Source: Parcubacteria group bacterium GW2011_GWA1_47_8 (lineage in GTDB: Bacteria; Patescibacteriota; Minisyncoccia; Phycocordibacterales; UBA1550). Taken from it: 49,143 nt of DNA. Shown piece after piece: positions 27,955-37,160 of the stretch (its first letter is position 1; each line of letters opens with the position of its first letter). Both the position numbers and the translations under genes were made by a program. The stretch lies in the NCBI GenBank assembly GCA_000996605.1, contig LCOP01000006.1, forward strand, positions 1 through 49,143, given 5' to 3'. The notes beneath the pieces are model-generated. The model did not search any database, had not been told where the DNA came from, and worked only from the letters and a program-made list of their open reading frames with translations.

Positions 27955-30246
27955 CTAAACGGTGTATTGCCCCAAGGGATTTTTTGAGATTAGTGTGGCG
28001 GCGGCACGGCGTATATAATCCTGCACATTTTCGTTGGATGCAAGGGGTACGCCGGTTCTGTTCATGGTTTCTTCAAGATATCCTTGCATGGCGCGAAGAT
28101 CTTCAGGTGACTCCATGCCAAATTTTCTCATATTGCTATCGGTATCAAGCACTCCGCTGAACGGATTTGTCGATGGGTTAGGGGTCATAATCTCCCCCAC
28201 GGTTTTTCCTGAAAAGCCGACATCAGGATCCTTCCAACTGATCGCATCCATGCCGTTTTGTGCGCCGATGCCAAAAATCCCTTCCGTGCCAAATAGTTTG
28301 TTCATGTCGCTCTTCATTATCTCGTCTGCTTGTCCAAAAATCTCTGGGTTGGCGAGAGATGGGTCTATGGGGGGCGTTGCCAGCTCGACCACGGGTTCAG
28401 GCGCAAGTGGTACTTCTGGGAAAGGATTGACGGTGCCAGTTGGATTATCGGCACCGCCGTACGTTTCTGCCGTAGCAAAATTTTCCATGCTTGCCGGCAG
28501 GTGCGCGGCTTTTTCAAGCTGTGAATCCATGTATTCTTTGTCAAAGCTGATCGTTTCGCCGATTGCGAGCGTGTTCGGGTCAACGTTTGGCCGCATTTCC
28601 GCCACGTTGTCTTTTATGACGTCGATAAGATGCGTTTTTTGTTCGGGAGATAAGGAAGTGAATTTGTCGCCGTACGTTTCTTGAAGTTGGCGCTCGGACA
28701 AACTCCACAAAGAATCCCCTTGTTGCGCGGTTTCTAAGTATGACGTGGATGTTGTGGGTGCGGGTGGTGTGCCGTCCGCGCCGTCAAAGAACCCTGTTAC
28801 AGTGTCTTTTGCACCCTCGATGAGATCGGGGGCGTGTGAAGCTATCCCGGAAAGTGCGCCGGTGAAAAGAGCCGCGCCCAAAAGTGCCTTGAGGGTATCC
28901 CTGTCAAATTGTTGCATCGTTCTTTCTCGCCCTTCTTTTTCCGCTTTTTTCGCATACCTCGCTTCAAGTGCGACAAAAAAGGCTGACCCTCCTAAAAATC
29001 GGGAGATCAGGGCGCCTGTTGAGGCGGCGCCCGCAACAAGCGCGGAACCCGCTAAGACTCCTAATCCGCCGGCAAGGAGAAGACCAATAGAGAAACTGAT
29101 TTTTTCCCCGCGCGATCGTTTTCCCCACCATTCCCCCGTGGCGCGGATAGCACCAATAAACCCCGATTTTTCTGCGCGCACATTAACCTGCTTTTGGAGC
29201 ATCTTGATGATTTCCTCGTTTTCCTCAATCTTTTCTGCTATGTTGTCGGTAGTATTCTCTGCTTGCTCCAATTCCCTCTCCAGCTTCATCACATTTTCTT
29301 GCGCCTGTTTCAGTGTCTCCTCGGGTTTTCCAGAACCAAAATTGTTTGCGACCTCGTGTGCTTCTTTTTCTGTTTGTTCAACAATTTTTGTGACCTCTGC
29401 TTGATCTGCGGGCGACAGTTCATTTTCCACCGCAATTTTGTCCTCTAGTCCATTGATGGTTCGCTCTATCCCTTCCAGCGTTTTTTCTTCCTCTTTGGTC
29501 AGCTCCCCCATCCCTTCTGCTGAGCTCGTGGCGTCTTCGTTTTTTACGGCGATTATTTTTGGTAGCTCGGGAGTTTTATCGGGATGAGGAGCCTCAGTAG
29601 GTGGCTCTGTCATCGGATCATTTTTTTTTGCCTTCTCTGCGTCAATGCGTCGGATTGCCGCTTCATACGCGGAAACAAGAGGGTTTCCCTTGGTAGTCTT
29701 TTGGGTTTCGGGGGTGAGTCCGTACCGTTCGAGTCCCGTTTCATACGATGAGCGAATTGCCTTACCCTCTTCTTCGACTTCTTGCGGAGCGGGAACATCG
29801 GCTTCACCGAGCGAGGATGCTACGGGAGGGTTTTCAGTTTCGGTGTCGTCGCCTGTCGCCAAAATACGTGCGCGTTCTTGCGCCAGAGAGAGCTCTTCTT
29901 TTTCAAGCTCGCTTATTTCTTGTCTCACGCCTTGCGTCTCTTGTATTGCTCCGATCCTGATTGCTTCTTCGAGTTCCGTACGGCGGGACACTATTTCCTC
30001 CTCCGCCTTTTCGACTTTGATGAGTTTTGTTTTTGGTTGCGGCGACGGTTCAGGCGCCTTTTTAAAAAATTCCGGAATTGTGGTTTCGACTTGCGACAGA
30101 GGCACGCTTCCCTCTTTGAGTATACTATGCAGAGCGCTACGCTTCCCCTCTGTCAATGGTTTTTCCTGTGGGCGCGGTGGAACGACATCAGTATTTTGCG
30201 GCATTGCTTGTGCGGGTCTCCGCAATCCTTCAAAGTTTCCATTCAT
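27955..30246 (-). CDS. Large membrane protein with acidic coiled-coil N-terminal part and a LysM-like domain
   Basis: Central TMs; AQQGDSLWSLSE...PNTLAIGETI. Confidence 0.75.
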   Translation of the reverse strand: MNGNFEGLRRPAQAMPQNTDVVPPRPQEKPLTEGKRSALHSILKEGSVPLSQVETTIPEFFKKAPEPSPQPKTKLIKVEKAEEEIVSRRTELEEAIRIGAIQETQGVRQEISELEKEELSLAQERARILATGDDTETENPPVASSLGEADVPAPQEVEEEGKAIRSSYETGLERYGLTPETQKTTKGNPLVSAYEAAIRRIDAEKAKKNDPMTEPPTEAPHPDKTPELPKIIAVKNEDATSSAEGMGELTKEEEKTLEGIERTINGLEDKIAVENELSPADQAEVTKIVEQTEKEAHEVANNFGSGKPEETLKQAQENVMKLERELEQAENTTDNIAEKIEENEEIIKMLQKQVNVRAEKSGFIGAIRATGEWWGKRSRGEKISFSIGLLLAGGLGVLAGSALVAGAASTGALISRFLGGSAFFVALEARYAKKAEKEGRERTMQQFDRDTLKALLGAALFTGALSGIASHAPDLIEGAKDTVTGFFDGADGTPPAPTTSTSYLETAQQGDSLWSLSERQLQETYGDKFTSLSPEQKTHLIDVIKDNVAEMRPNVDPNTLAIGETISFDKEYMDSQLEKAAHLPASMENFATAETYGGADNPTGTVNPFPEVPLAPEPVVELATPPIDPSLANPEIFGQADEIMKSDMNKLFGTEGIFGIGAQNGMDAISWKDPDVGFSGKTVGEIMTPNPSTNPFSGVLDTDSNMRKFGMESPEDLRAMQGYLEETMNRTGVPLASNENVQDYIRRAAATLISKNPLGQYTV

Positions 30247-30405
30247 TAACTTTTATTATCGCACACTCACACACGTTTATGCAACGAATATGTGTAATTT
30301 TTTGATTTTTTTCGGTAAAATTATCGGCATTTTGTTATCCACACCCACCCACTAAAAGGGTTCACGAAACAGTGGTTTTGTGCTATACTCAAAAAACTGT
30401 AGGGA

Positions 30406-31590
30406 TTGGCCCTCAGCACCCCAGAAACACGGTATTTTCGGTCACGGAAGCACACGGCAGTACGGCAGAATAAATTTCGACATATTTATACCAACTTTCA
30501 GAACCCCGAGCGTGAGCGTTTCTTGAGGAGCCGGGCGAAATACTCAAATTTTTCAAGGATTCTCGTCCTGGGGGGGCTTGTTTTGTCTGTGACTATTGGT
30601 GTTGTTTTCCCGCCTTCCAGAGCAGATGCGCGGGCTTTTTCGTTTTTTGGAGTAAACATCTCTTTGGACGACTTGTTCAAGAAAACAGAACCTCAAAATT
30701 CTCAAACAATCTTGTTTCTCGAGGCGGCAACGAACATTGATCCCATCTCGGGAAGGGGTGGCGGCGACATCACGATTGTGGACGACAGCGCCTTTCTTCC
30801 TGACGTGGGGCCTTCCGGCACGATTGCTGACATCGAGTCGAACGAGAATCAAGGGAAAATAAGTCTCTACGTTGTTCGTTCTAACGATACGCTTTCTAAA
30901 ATCGCCGAAATGTTCGGCGTGAGCGTAAACACGATTGTGTGGGGAAATGATCTTGACCGTAAAGCCACTCTTAGTGTTGGGCAGACACTCGTCATCCTTC
31001 CCGTAAACGGTATTCAATACACAGTAAAGAAGGGCGATACTATTCAGGGGATTGCCAAGAAATACAAGGGTGATGTTGATGAAATTATCACGTTTAACAA
31101 CCTTGTCTCCAGAGGGAAGCTTGCGGTCGGCGACACAATTATTATTCCGGGTGGCGAAGAGATTGCCCCAGAGTCACCCAAGAGCGTGCCGAAGTCTTCT
31201 CAAGTGCGCGTGATTGCCAAGTATCCGTCGTATGCTGGTTACTATACCCATCCTTTGCCGGGTATGGTAGCCAAAACACAAGGAATTCACGGATATAACG
31301 GCGTTGACCTTGGCGCGCCAAAAGGATCGACCGTACTCGCGGCGGCGGAAGGTGTGATAATTGTGAGCCGTTACCGTGACGGAAATCCGTGGTTTGGGGG
31401 ATACGGCAACAACATTATCATCGAGCATCCAAATGGCACACAGACCCTCTATGCGCACCTAAGTGCCGTATATGTGCATGCCGGTGTGCGTGTGGAAAAG
31501 GGTCAACCGATCGCCGAAGTTGGCTCTACGGGCAGATCGACCGGTTCGCACCTCCACTTTGAAGTACGTGGAGCGAAGAATCCGTTTTAG
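30406..31590 (+). CDS. LysM x2 plus M23 metallopeptidase
   Basis: YVVRSNDTLSKIA, YTVKKGDTIQGIA, H..NGVD, YAHL, STGSHLHFE; start uncertain. Confidence 0.92.
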   Translation: MALSTPETRYFRSRKHTAVRQNKFRHIYTNFQNPERERFLRSRAKYSNFSRILVLGGLVLSVTIGVVFPPSRADARAFSFFGVNISLDDLFKKTEPQNSQTILFLEAATNIDPISGRGGGDITIVDDSAFLPDVGPSGTIADIESNENQGKISLYVVRSNDTLSKIAEMFGVSVNTIVWGNDLDRKATLSVGQTLVILPVNGIQYTVKKGDTIQGIAKKYKGDVDEIITFNNLVSRGKLAVGDTIIIPGGEEIAPESPKSVPKSSQVRVIAKYPSYAGYYTHPLPGMVAKTQGIHGYNGVDLGAPKGSTVLAAAEGVIIVSRYRDGNPWFGGYGNNIIIEHPNGTQTLYAHLSAVYVHAGVRVEKGQPIAEVGSTGRSTGSHLHFEVRGAKNPF

Positions 31591-31634
31591 GGGGGGGTGG
31601 GGCAGAATGTAGAATTTTGAATATGGAATGTAGA

Positions 31635-31671
31635 AAAATACGGGCGAGACCAAAGGTCTCGCCCGTATTTT
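31635..31671. terminator. Bidirectional terminator between convergent genes
   Basis: AAAATACGGGCGAGACC-AAA-GGTCTCGCCCGTATTTT. Confidence 0.85.
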
Positions 31672-31714
31672 CATTCTATAATTCCATATTCTACATTCTC
31701 TATTCTAGCTGACT

Positions 31715-33250
31715 CTACCTCAATTCCGTCGGTCGGTATGCAAGGGCTTCGAGGAGGTGTGGTTCTGCGACATGTGTGCTCCCCTCGAGGTCTGCAATGG
31801 TGCGCGCGACTTTGAGGACGCGGTGATATGAACGCGGGGAAAGCTTCAAGCGCTCCGCGGAAGTATTAAAAAGTGCGCGGAGTTTTGGGGGCAGAGAAAC
31901 CAATGTTTCAAGATCGTTCGCCCGCATTTCACTGTTGGTGGTGATCGCACGGGGGTGCTCGACAAAGCGCGCATGTTGCCTGTCCCGCGCAAGGGCGATA
32001 CGGGCGTTGACGGCTTGGGTTGTTTCGCCGGCACGCATATTCGAAAGTTTATCAGGACTTATGTGTGCAACCTTTACCCAAAGGTCTATACGGTCGATGA
32101 TCGGACCGGAGAGTTTGCGTTGATAGGACGCAAGGGTGCCGGGCATACAGGTACAACGTTCCTCGCTTCCGTATTTACCACACGGGCACGGGTTCATTGC
32201 GGCGAGCAAGATGAATCGCGCGGGGAATGATTCATACCCTTTGCTTCGTGAAATACGAATGTGCCCTTCTTCGAGTGGTTCACGAAGGGACTCGATTACC
32301 CTCCGGTCAAATTCAGGAAATTCGTCGAGGAAAAGCACACCGCGATGTGCGAGAGTGATTTCGCCCGGCTTTGGAATGCTTCCGCCACCGATGACAGATG
32401 GGTATGACGCGGTATGATGGGGCGCGCGCAAGGGCGGGCAGGCGATAATTTCTTCACGCAAGGTTCCCGCAACCGAATGAATGCCGGTGACCTCGAGCAT
32501 CTCGTTTTTGGAGAGTTCGGGGAGGAGGTGTGGGAAAGCTTGCGCGAGCATTGTTTTCCCCGTGCCGGGCGGTCCCCACATGGCGAGGTTGTGTTTGCCA
32601 GCGGCGGCTATTTCGAGTGCGCGCTTCGCAAATTCTTGACCTTTGATATGCGCAAGGTCGACCTTGGAGTCAAGCGATTCATTTGTTTTTTGTGTATTGT
32701 CTCGCACATGTGCGGGAATAGTGCGAGGTTTTTCTTGATCGAGGTGTTTGATAACGTCGTTTAACGTTTGCACGCCGTAGACCGTGAGTCCGGTAATGAG
32801 CGCCGCTTCATTGGCGTTTTCTTGTGGCACAAAGAGCTCCGAAAAGCCGGACGCCAATGCCGCCTCGGCAAAGAGTAGTGTGCCGCGGATAGGACGAAGT
32901 TTTCCGTCGAGGGATAATTCACCCAAGAAAAGTTTCCCTGCAGGGTCAAAGTCCACTTCTTCTGAAGCGCCCAGATATGCAAGCGCGATGGCGAGATCGT
33001 AATGAGAGCCTTCCTTTTTTATTTCCGCAGGAGCGAGCGAGATGACCACTTTTTGATTTTTCTGTTTTGGCGAAGTAAAACCAGAGTTCTTTATCGCGGC
33101 GCTGACGCGGTCGCGCGCTTCCTCGACTGCTTTGTTGGGGAGACCTACCAACGAAAAAGAGTGGAGCCCATGAGAGAGATCCACTTCAACATCGATGATA
33201 TGTGCGGTCAGACCCAGTGTTTGTGCAGAGTATATTTTTGAGAATTGCAT
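31715..33250 (-). CDS. comM: ComM/YifB Mg-chelatase-like AAA+ ATPase
   Basis: LAPAEIKKEG, GPPGTGKTML, RAPHH, LFLDEFPEF, AAMNPCPCG, SGPIIDRID. Confidence 0.95.
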   Translation of the reverse strand: MQFSKIYSAQTLGLTAHIIDVEVDLSHGLHSFSLVGLPNKAVEEARDRVSAAIKNSGFTSPKQKNQKVVISLAPAEIKKEGSHYDLAIALAYLGASEEVDFDPAGKLFLGELSLDGKLRPIRGTLLFAEAALASGFSELFVPQENANEAALITGLTVYGVQTLNDVIKHLDQEKPRTIPAHVRDNTQKTNESLDSKVDLAHIKGQEFAKRALEIAAAGKHNLAMWGPPGTGKTMLAQAFPHLLPELSKNEMLEVTGIHSVAGTLREEIIACPPLRAPHHTASYPSVIGGGSIPKPGEITLAHRGVLFLDEFPEFDRRVIESLREPLEEGHIRISRSKGYESFPARFILLAAMNPCPCGKYGSEERCTCMPGTLASYQRKLSGPIIDRIDLWVKVAHISPDKLSNMRAGETTQAVNARIALARDRQHARFVEHPRAITTNSEMRANDLETLVSLPPKLRALFNTSAERLKLSPRSYHRVLKVARTIADLEGSTHVAEPHLLEALAYRPTELR

Positions 33251-33407
33251 AGCAGAGAAGTATTTTACGTATTCAAAAAAGATCTCGTTTAAACCTTAAA
33301 GAAAACGGTTTCGGTACGAAGGTATTGAAAGAAATTACTAAATCATAGCCAGTCTTTTATGGGGGATCCAGAGTTTTTACAGCTTCCTTATATTCTGAAG
33401 ATAGTTC

Positions 33408-33959
33408 TCATACAACTTGATTATAGTCGGCATTTATGATGTCTTGATGACCTCCCGCACAGGTATCTTTGCGAGCGTTGGTGGAGGGGGCCTCTAACTT
33501 ATGAATTGACACAACGGGCTCCCATTGGTCTGTGCTTGTGCACGCAGTACCACCGCATTTTAAGGGATCGGTACTAACGCAATGCGCGGGGTCGTATGCG
33601 TAATAGTAGGTTACTCCGTCATGCTTTGGGTCTTTGGGAACGGCGGATAAATAGGGTGCTAATGCCGCATCGATGGGATTTCCAATACCGATTTGTGCGC
33701 CTACTGAGTCAGACACAGGAGATGAGGCCACTTGGTTCGGCCCCAGATCTGTTCCGGGAACTTGCCCGTGGTCGTTTTCATATAATGCAATAGCTGTTAC
33801 GATTGCTTGGATCTCCGCGATCCTTTTGGTGTCGCGCGCTTTTGCCCGAGCCGAATTAAGCGATGAAAGAACTATTGATGAAAGGAGACTTATTATCGAT
33901 ATCACCACGAGTAATTCAATCAGCGTAAACCCCGCACAACGATTGTTCAGATGTTTCAT
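33408..33959 (-). CDS. Type IV pilin/GspG-like prepilin
   Basis: G|FTLIELLVVISII cleavage/methylation motif, ARAKARD.KR and PKDP. Confidence 0.92.
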   Translation of the reverse strand: MKHLNNRCAGFTLIELLVVISIISLLSSIVLSSLNSARAKARDTKRIAEIQAIVTAIALYENDHGQVPGTDLGPNQVASSPVSDSVGAQIGIGNPIDAALAPYLSAVPKDPKHDGVTYYYAYDPAHCVSTDPLKCGGTACTSTDQWEPVVSIHKLEAPSTNARKDTCAGGHQDIINADYNQVV

Positions 33960-34025
33960 TGCCTCTAAATTGTAACATAGATGTATTGATTTGTACCATT
34001 TGGGTTAGTGAAAAATGCGCCGTGC

Positions 34026-34385
34026 TTACTCTTCGCGGTGTGCGATACAGGTGCGGGCGCTAGGGTTGGCCCGCAGACGCGCTTCTTCGATGGGGGCTTT
34101 GCATATCGTGCAAGTTCCATAGGTGCCGGCTTCGATACGCGTAAGAGCGGCAGTGACGTTCATGAGCTCGGCTTCCAACTCGACTTCGATTGCCGCTTGG
34201 TTTTCGAATTTCTCGATACTGTCGGCAACTTCATCGGGGTCTGCTACCACGATATTCAAATCAGGAGCGGACGGTTCCCAGTCCCCCTTGATGTCGGGAT
34301 TTTTGTGCGCGATACCCGAGAGCTCCCCCTCGAGACGTGTTTTTTCGGCAAGTAATAAGTTTTTGAATTCTATGAAATTTTCCAT
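34026..34385 (-). CDS. DksA/TraR family zinc-finger protein
   Basis: ALTRIEAGTYGTCTIC..I..ARL.ANP.ARTCIAH. Confidence 0.9.
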   Translation of the reverse strand: MENFIEFKNLLLAEKTRLEGELSGIAHKNPDIKGDWEPSAPDLNIVVADPDEVADSIEKFENQAAIEVELEAELMNVTAALTRIEAGTYGTCTICKAPIEEARLRANPSARTCIAHREE

Positions 34386-34441
34386 AATAAAGACAGTGTA
34401 TCACGGCATACGCCAAACGCAACAGGGGAAATTGACTATTT

Positions 34442-35521
34442 TTAGTGTAGATTCCCGTCGGTATTTTTGTGGAACAAGGGAAGTAATGTTTCAAGGGCGT
34501 TCTTGCTCGAAGTGATGATAATGGTTTTTGCGTCTGCAAATGCGTACACAATAGTTCCTCCCCCATTCTCAAAAATACGAGTGTCGTGTTTCCAAACAAC
34601 GGTGTCACGAAATTTTCCTACAGCTGATTTTCCAGTGCTTATGTGAGGGATGGTGGTGCCAAAAAACGTATTAAAAAAATTCGGCAGACCGGACTCCCAT
34701 TCAAGCATACCTGCGAATGCGCTGTCGCGGCTTGAGACTTTTAGTATCACGAAAGGGGTGGCAGTGTTTCCACTCTCGCCCACGAGGCCGGTCATAAAGG
34801 AGGTTTCAAGAGACCTGCTGAGAATATTGGGAATAGAAATCCCCAAAGTAGAGAATAGCTGTCGTGCGGAAATTGGCGCGGGGGCTTCGCTTCCTTCGGA
34901 TGAAGACCCTGTCCCGACGAAATAGATGTTGCGAATCTCCTTTTCGGTGAGACCGGCAATGCGTTCGGTGGCAATCGTTGAAAAAATTCCTTGGAGATTA
35001 TTTATATCGAGCGCGAGACGTTTTTCTGATTGCGCAGGAGCAAGTGACGGCGCGAGCGGTTGGGCGGGTTTGGTCGGGATATCGGATGGCAGAGGGGTTT
35101 CCTTTTGATCAGTCGGTTTTCCAAAATTGGGAAAAGAAAAGGTCAGTGTGGATATCTTTGGCCACAAGAGCACGCCACCTCCACCGAGTACCCCCAGAAT
35201 GATAACGACTCCCAGAACAATGAAGATGCGCCCGCGCTTGTGTGTTGGGTGTGCTGTTTGCGTACCCGCTTTTTTTTCCGCAAGCATCTCTTGTGCCTTG
35301 GCTTGTTCTCGAGCGGCTTTTTGTTTTTCGGCGGCGAGGGCAATGGACACCAGCGACTCATTTTGTTGATTGATAGCGATTGCGGAGTCGCTCTTCATGG
35401 TGCGGATGCGGAGAAGCGTCGAAGAGGGCGCGACTTTCGGGACGAGATGAGCTTCTCCCAGAGGTTTGGGCACTGGTATTTTTTGCGGTGGTTGGGGGGG
35501 GCGAGGAATAATTGGTTCCAT
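34442..35521 (-). CDS. Hypothetical single-pass membrane protein
   Basis: IRTMKSD motif, one TM, FAGMLEWE; start MEPIIP lies 7 nt after TATACT. Confidence 0.8.
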   Translation of the reverse strand: MEPIIPRPPQPPQKIPVPKPLGEAHLVPKVAPSSTLLRIRTMKSDSAIAINQQNESLVSIALAAEKQKAAREQAKAQEMLAEKKAGTQTAHPTHKRGRIFIVLGVVIILGVLGGGGVLLWPKISTLTFSFPNFGKPTDQKETPLPSDIPTKPAQPLAPSLAPAQSEKRLALDINNLQGIFSTIATERIAGLTEKEIRNIYFVGTGSSSEGSEAPAPISARQLFSTLGISIPNILSRSLETSFMTGLVGESGNTATPFVILKVSSRDSAFAGMLEWESGLPNFFNTFFGTTIPHISTGKSAVGKFRDTVVWKHDTRIFENGGGTIVYAFADAKTIIITSSKNALETLLPLFHKNTDGNLH

Positions 35522-35627
35522 TGGATTTAGTATACACTGTATGAGATAGTTTCGCACGACAATGGTGTGGATACGTCTAGCCCGGGAAAACTATACAGAG
35601 GATTGAAGGTGGATGCAGGAATGTTTC

Positions 35628-35681
35628 TATCAGCTATGTACGTATAATATACTATGGTATATTATACGTACATAGCTGATA
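35628..35681. repeat. 54-bp palindrome with perfect 25-bp arms
   Basis: TATCAGCTATGTACGTATAATATAC-TATG-GTATATTATACGTACATAGCTGATA. Confidence 0.95.
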
Positions 35682-35685
35682 AATC

Positions 35686-35720
35686 ATAAAAATCCCCAGG
35701 AACTACGTGGGGATTTTTAT
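35686..35720 (-). terminator. Intrinsic terminator after the NYN gene
   Basis: ATAAAAATCCCCA-9 nt-TGGGGATTTTTAT. Confidence 0.75.
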
Positions 35721-35734
35721 ATACAACCAATGGA

Positions 35735-36328
35735 TTATTTCGCAGGAGGTCCTTCGCGCTTTGTGCGATGAGGAGGATTTACTTGTTTGCGAGGACGACG
35801 TGCGCCTGCGCTGTTTCCTCCGCGAGAGCCGAGAAGGTATTTGTGCAGATCGTCGCACATGTCGATAAAGTCGTCAGCGGCCTCGCGCAAACGGCCTGAT
35901 GCCGAACGTCCAAAGGTGATGACTTCGACTTGTGTACCCATGAATTTCAAGTATTCAACGAGTGGGACGAAGTCCCCGTCGCCGGAAGCGATGACCACCG
36001 AGTCAACCTTTGACGCAAGACGGATGGCGTCTACCGCGAGCCCGACGTCCCAGTCGGCTTTCTTGGCGCCACCGAAGAAGATCTGAAGATCTTTTGTCTT
36101 TGTTTCAATACCGAGGTTGTTGAGTGCCTCAAAGAAGCTTTTCTCGTCTTCTTTTTCTGTGGTGATGACGTATGCGATTGCGCGCACGAGGTGGCGGTCT
36201 GCAACGGCTTCTTTGAGCACTGCACCAAAGTTAACTTTTGCTCCGTAGAGATTTTTTGCACTATGATAAAGGTTTTGTGTGTCGATGAACATTGCAACAC
36301 GCTGTTCCCTCTGTTTTATAATTGCCAT
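35735..36328 (-). CDS. NYN domain (LabA/DUF88) protein
   Basis: FIDTQNLY, KADWDVGLAVD, SGDGDF, ADDFID. Confidence 0.93.
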   Translation of the reverse strand: MAIIKQREQRVAMFIDTQNLYHSAKNLYGAKVNFGAVLKEAVADRHLVRAIAYVITTEKEDEKSFFEALNNLGIETKTKDLQIFFGGAKKADWDVGLAVDAIRLASKVDSVVIASGDGDFVPLVEYLKFMGTQVEVITFGRSASGRLREAADDFIDMCDDLHKYLLGSRGGNSAGARRPRKQVNPPHRTKREGPPAK

Positions 36329-36397
36329 ATTTTTTGTTATTTTTCTTTTAGTATATCAAATGTTTCTTTATTCGCGAAAAAGCGGCGTAAGATGTTA

Positions 36398-36420
36398 AAT
36401 GCCCCGCAAGGCGGGGCATT
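36398..36420 (-). terminator. Hairpin after rpsO
   Basis: AATGCCCCGC-AAG-GCGGGGCATT; short U tract. Confidence 0.6.
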
Positions 36421-36431
36421 GGGGAGTTAAA

Positions 36432-36695
36432 TTATTTCAAACCAAGAGTTTTTACGAGAGAATCGTAACGGTCTCTGTTTTTACGCTTGAGGTAGCTTAA
36501 ATGGGTGCGGCGATCCGCAACCATTTGGAGCAATCCACGGCGCGAATGGTTGTCTTTATGGTTTTTCTTTAAATGTGACGCAAGCTCGTCGATGCGCTTT
36601 GAGAGGATCGCTACTTGGGCCTCAGGAGAACCCGTGTCTGTGTCGTGTACGCGGACTTTCCTAATAATATTCTGCTTTTGTTTCGTTGTTATCAT
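36432..36695 (-). CDS. rpsO: 30S ribosomal protein S15
   Basis: HDTDTGSPEAQVA, HKDNHSRRGLL. Confidence 0.97.
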   Translation of the reverse strand: MITTKQKQNIIRKVRVHDTDTGSPEAQVAILSKRIDELASHLKKNHKDNHSRRGLLQMVADRRTHLSYLKRKNRDRYDSLVKTLGLK

Positions 36696-36797
36696 TACCA
36701 GAAATAATAGCATAGAACGTTACATAATGCAAGCCCTATTCTCGTTTCTACTAGGAAGACCTTTGAGAAGGACTTCCCCCTAAAAAAAGAAAGTGGA

Positions 36798-37070
36798 TTA
36801 CAAGAGCCTGTCTTTGTCGCTCCCCCCCTGCATAATCTCGATACCGCCGCGGTCGAAAAGCTCTTGTTTAAATACCTCAATTGATTCTTCCGCCATGGTT
36901 TCGTTCGGTTCGATTAGATTGATTGCTTCTCCCGAACCTTTTTCCAAGACAACGCCATGATCGCTCATTGTTTTCATAGAATCCACGTCGTTTTCTTGGT
37001 GGATATCGGCTCCTCCATCATCGTCTGAATTTTTAGAATGCGTGATGAGGATAAATTTGTCTGAACTCAT
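36798..37070 (-). CDS. Small acidic hypothetical protein
   Basis: 90-aa ORF with TACACT 6 nt upstream of the ATG. Confidence 0.55.
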   Translation of the reverse strand: MSSDKFILITHSKNSDDDGGADIHQENDVDSMKTMSDHGVVLEKGSGEAINLIEPNETMAEESIEVFKQELFDRGGIEIMQGGSDKDRLL

Positions 37071-37160
37071 AGATTAAGTGTAGCGCATATGAGAAATTTT
37101 TGGAAGTACTATGAAGACTAGACCGATACGGGATGTTGTTTTTGTGATATTGTATATCAT

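Noticed and set aside
25683..30355. Long antisense ORFs (e.g. 25683-26444, 28034-28684, 28745-29404, 29645-30355) and similar ones elsewhere
   Set aside because: They are shadows of well-supported opposite-strand genes, with no motifs or start signals
35628..35681. Resemblance to phage N15 telRL (TATCAGC...GCTGATA ends, CGTATAAT/ATTATACG words, similar length)
   Set aside because: The centre differs, there is no protelomerase in the window, and the other two palindromes lack these ends; treated as coincidence
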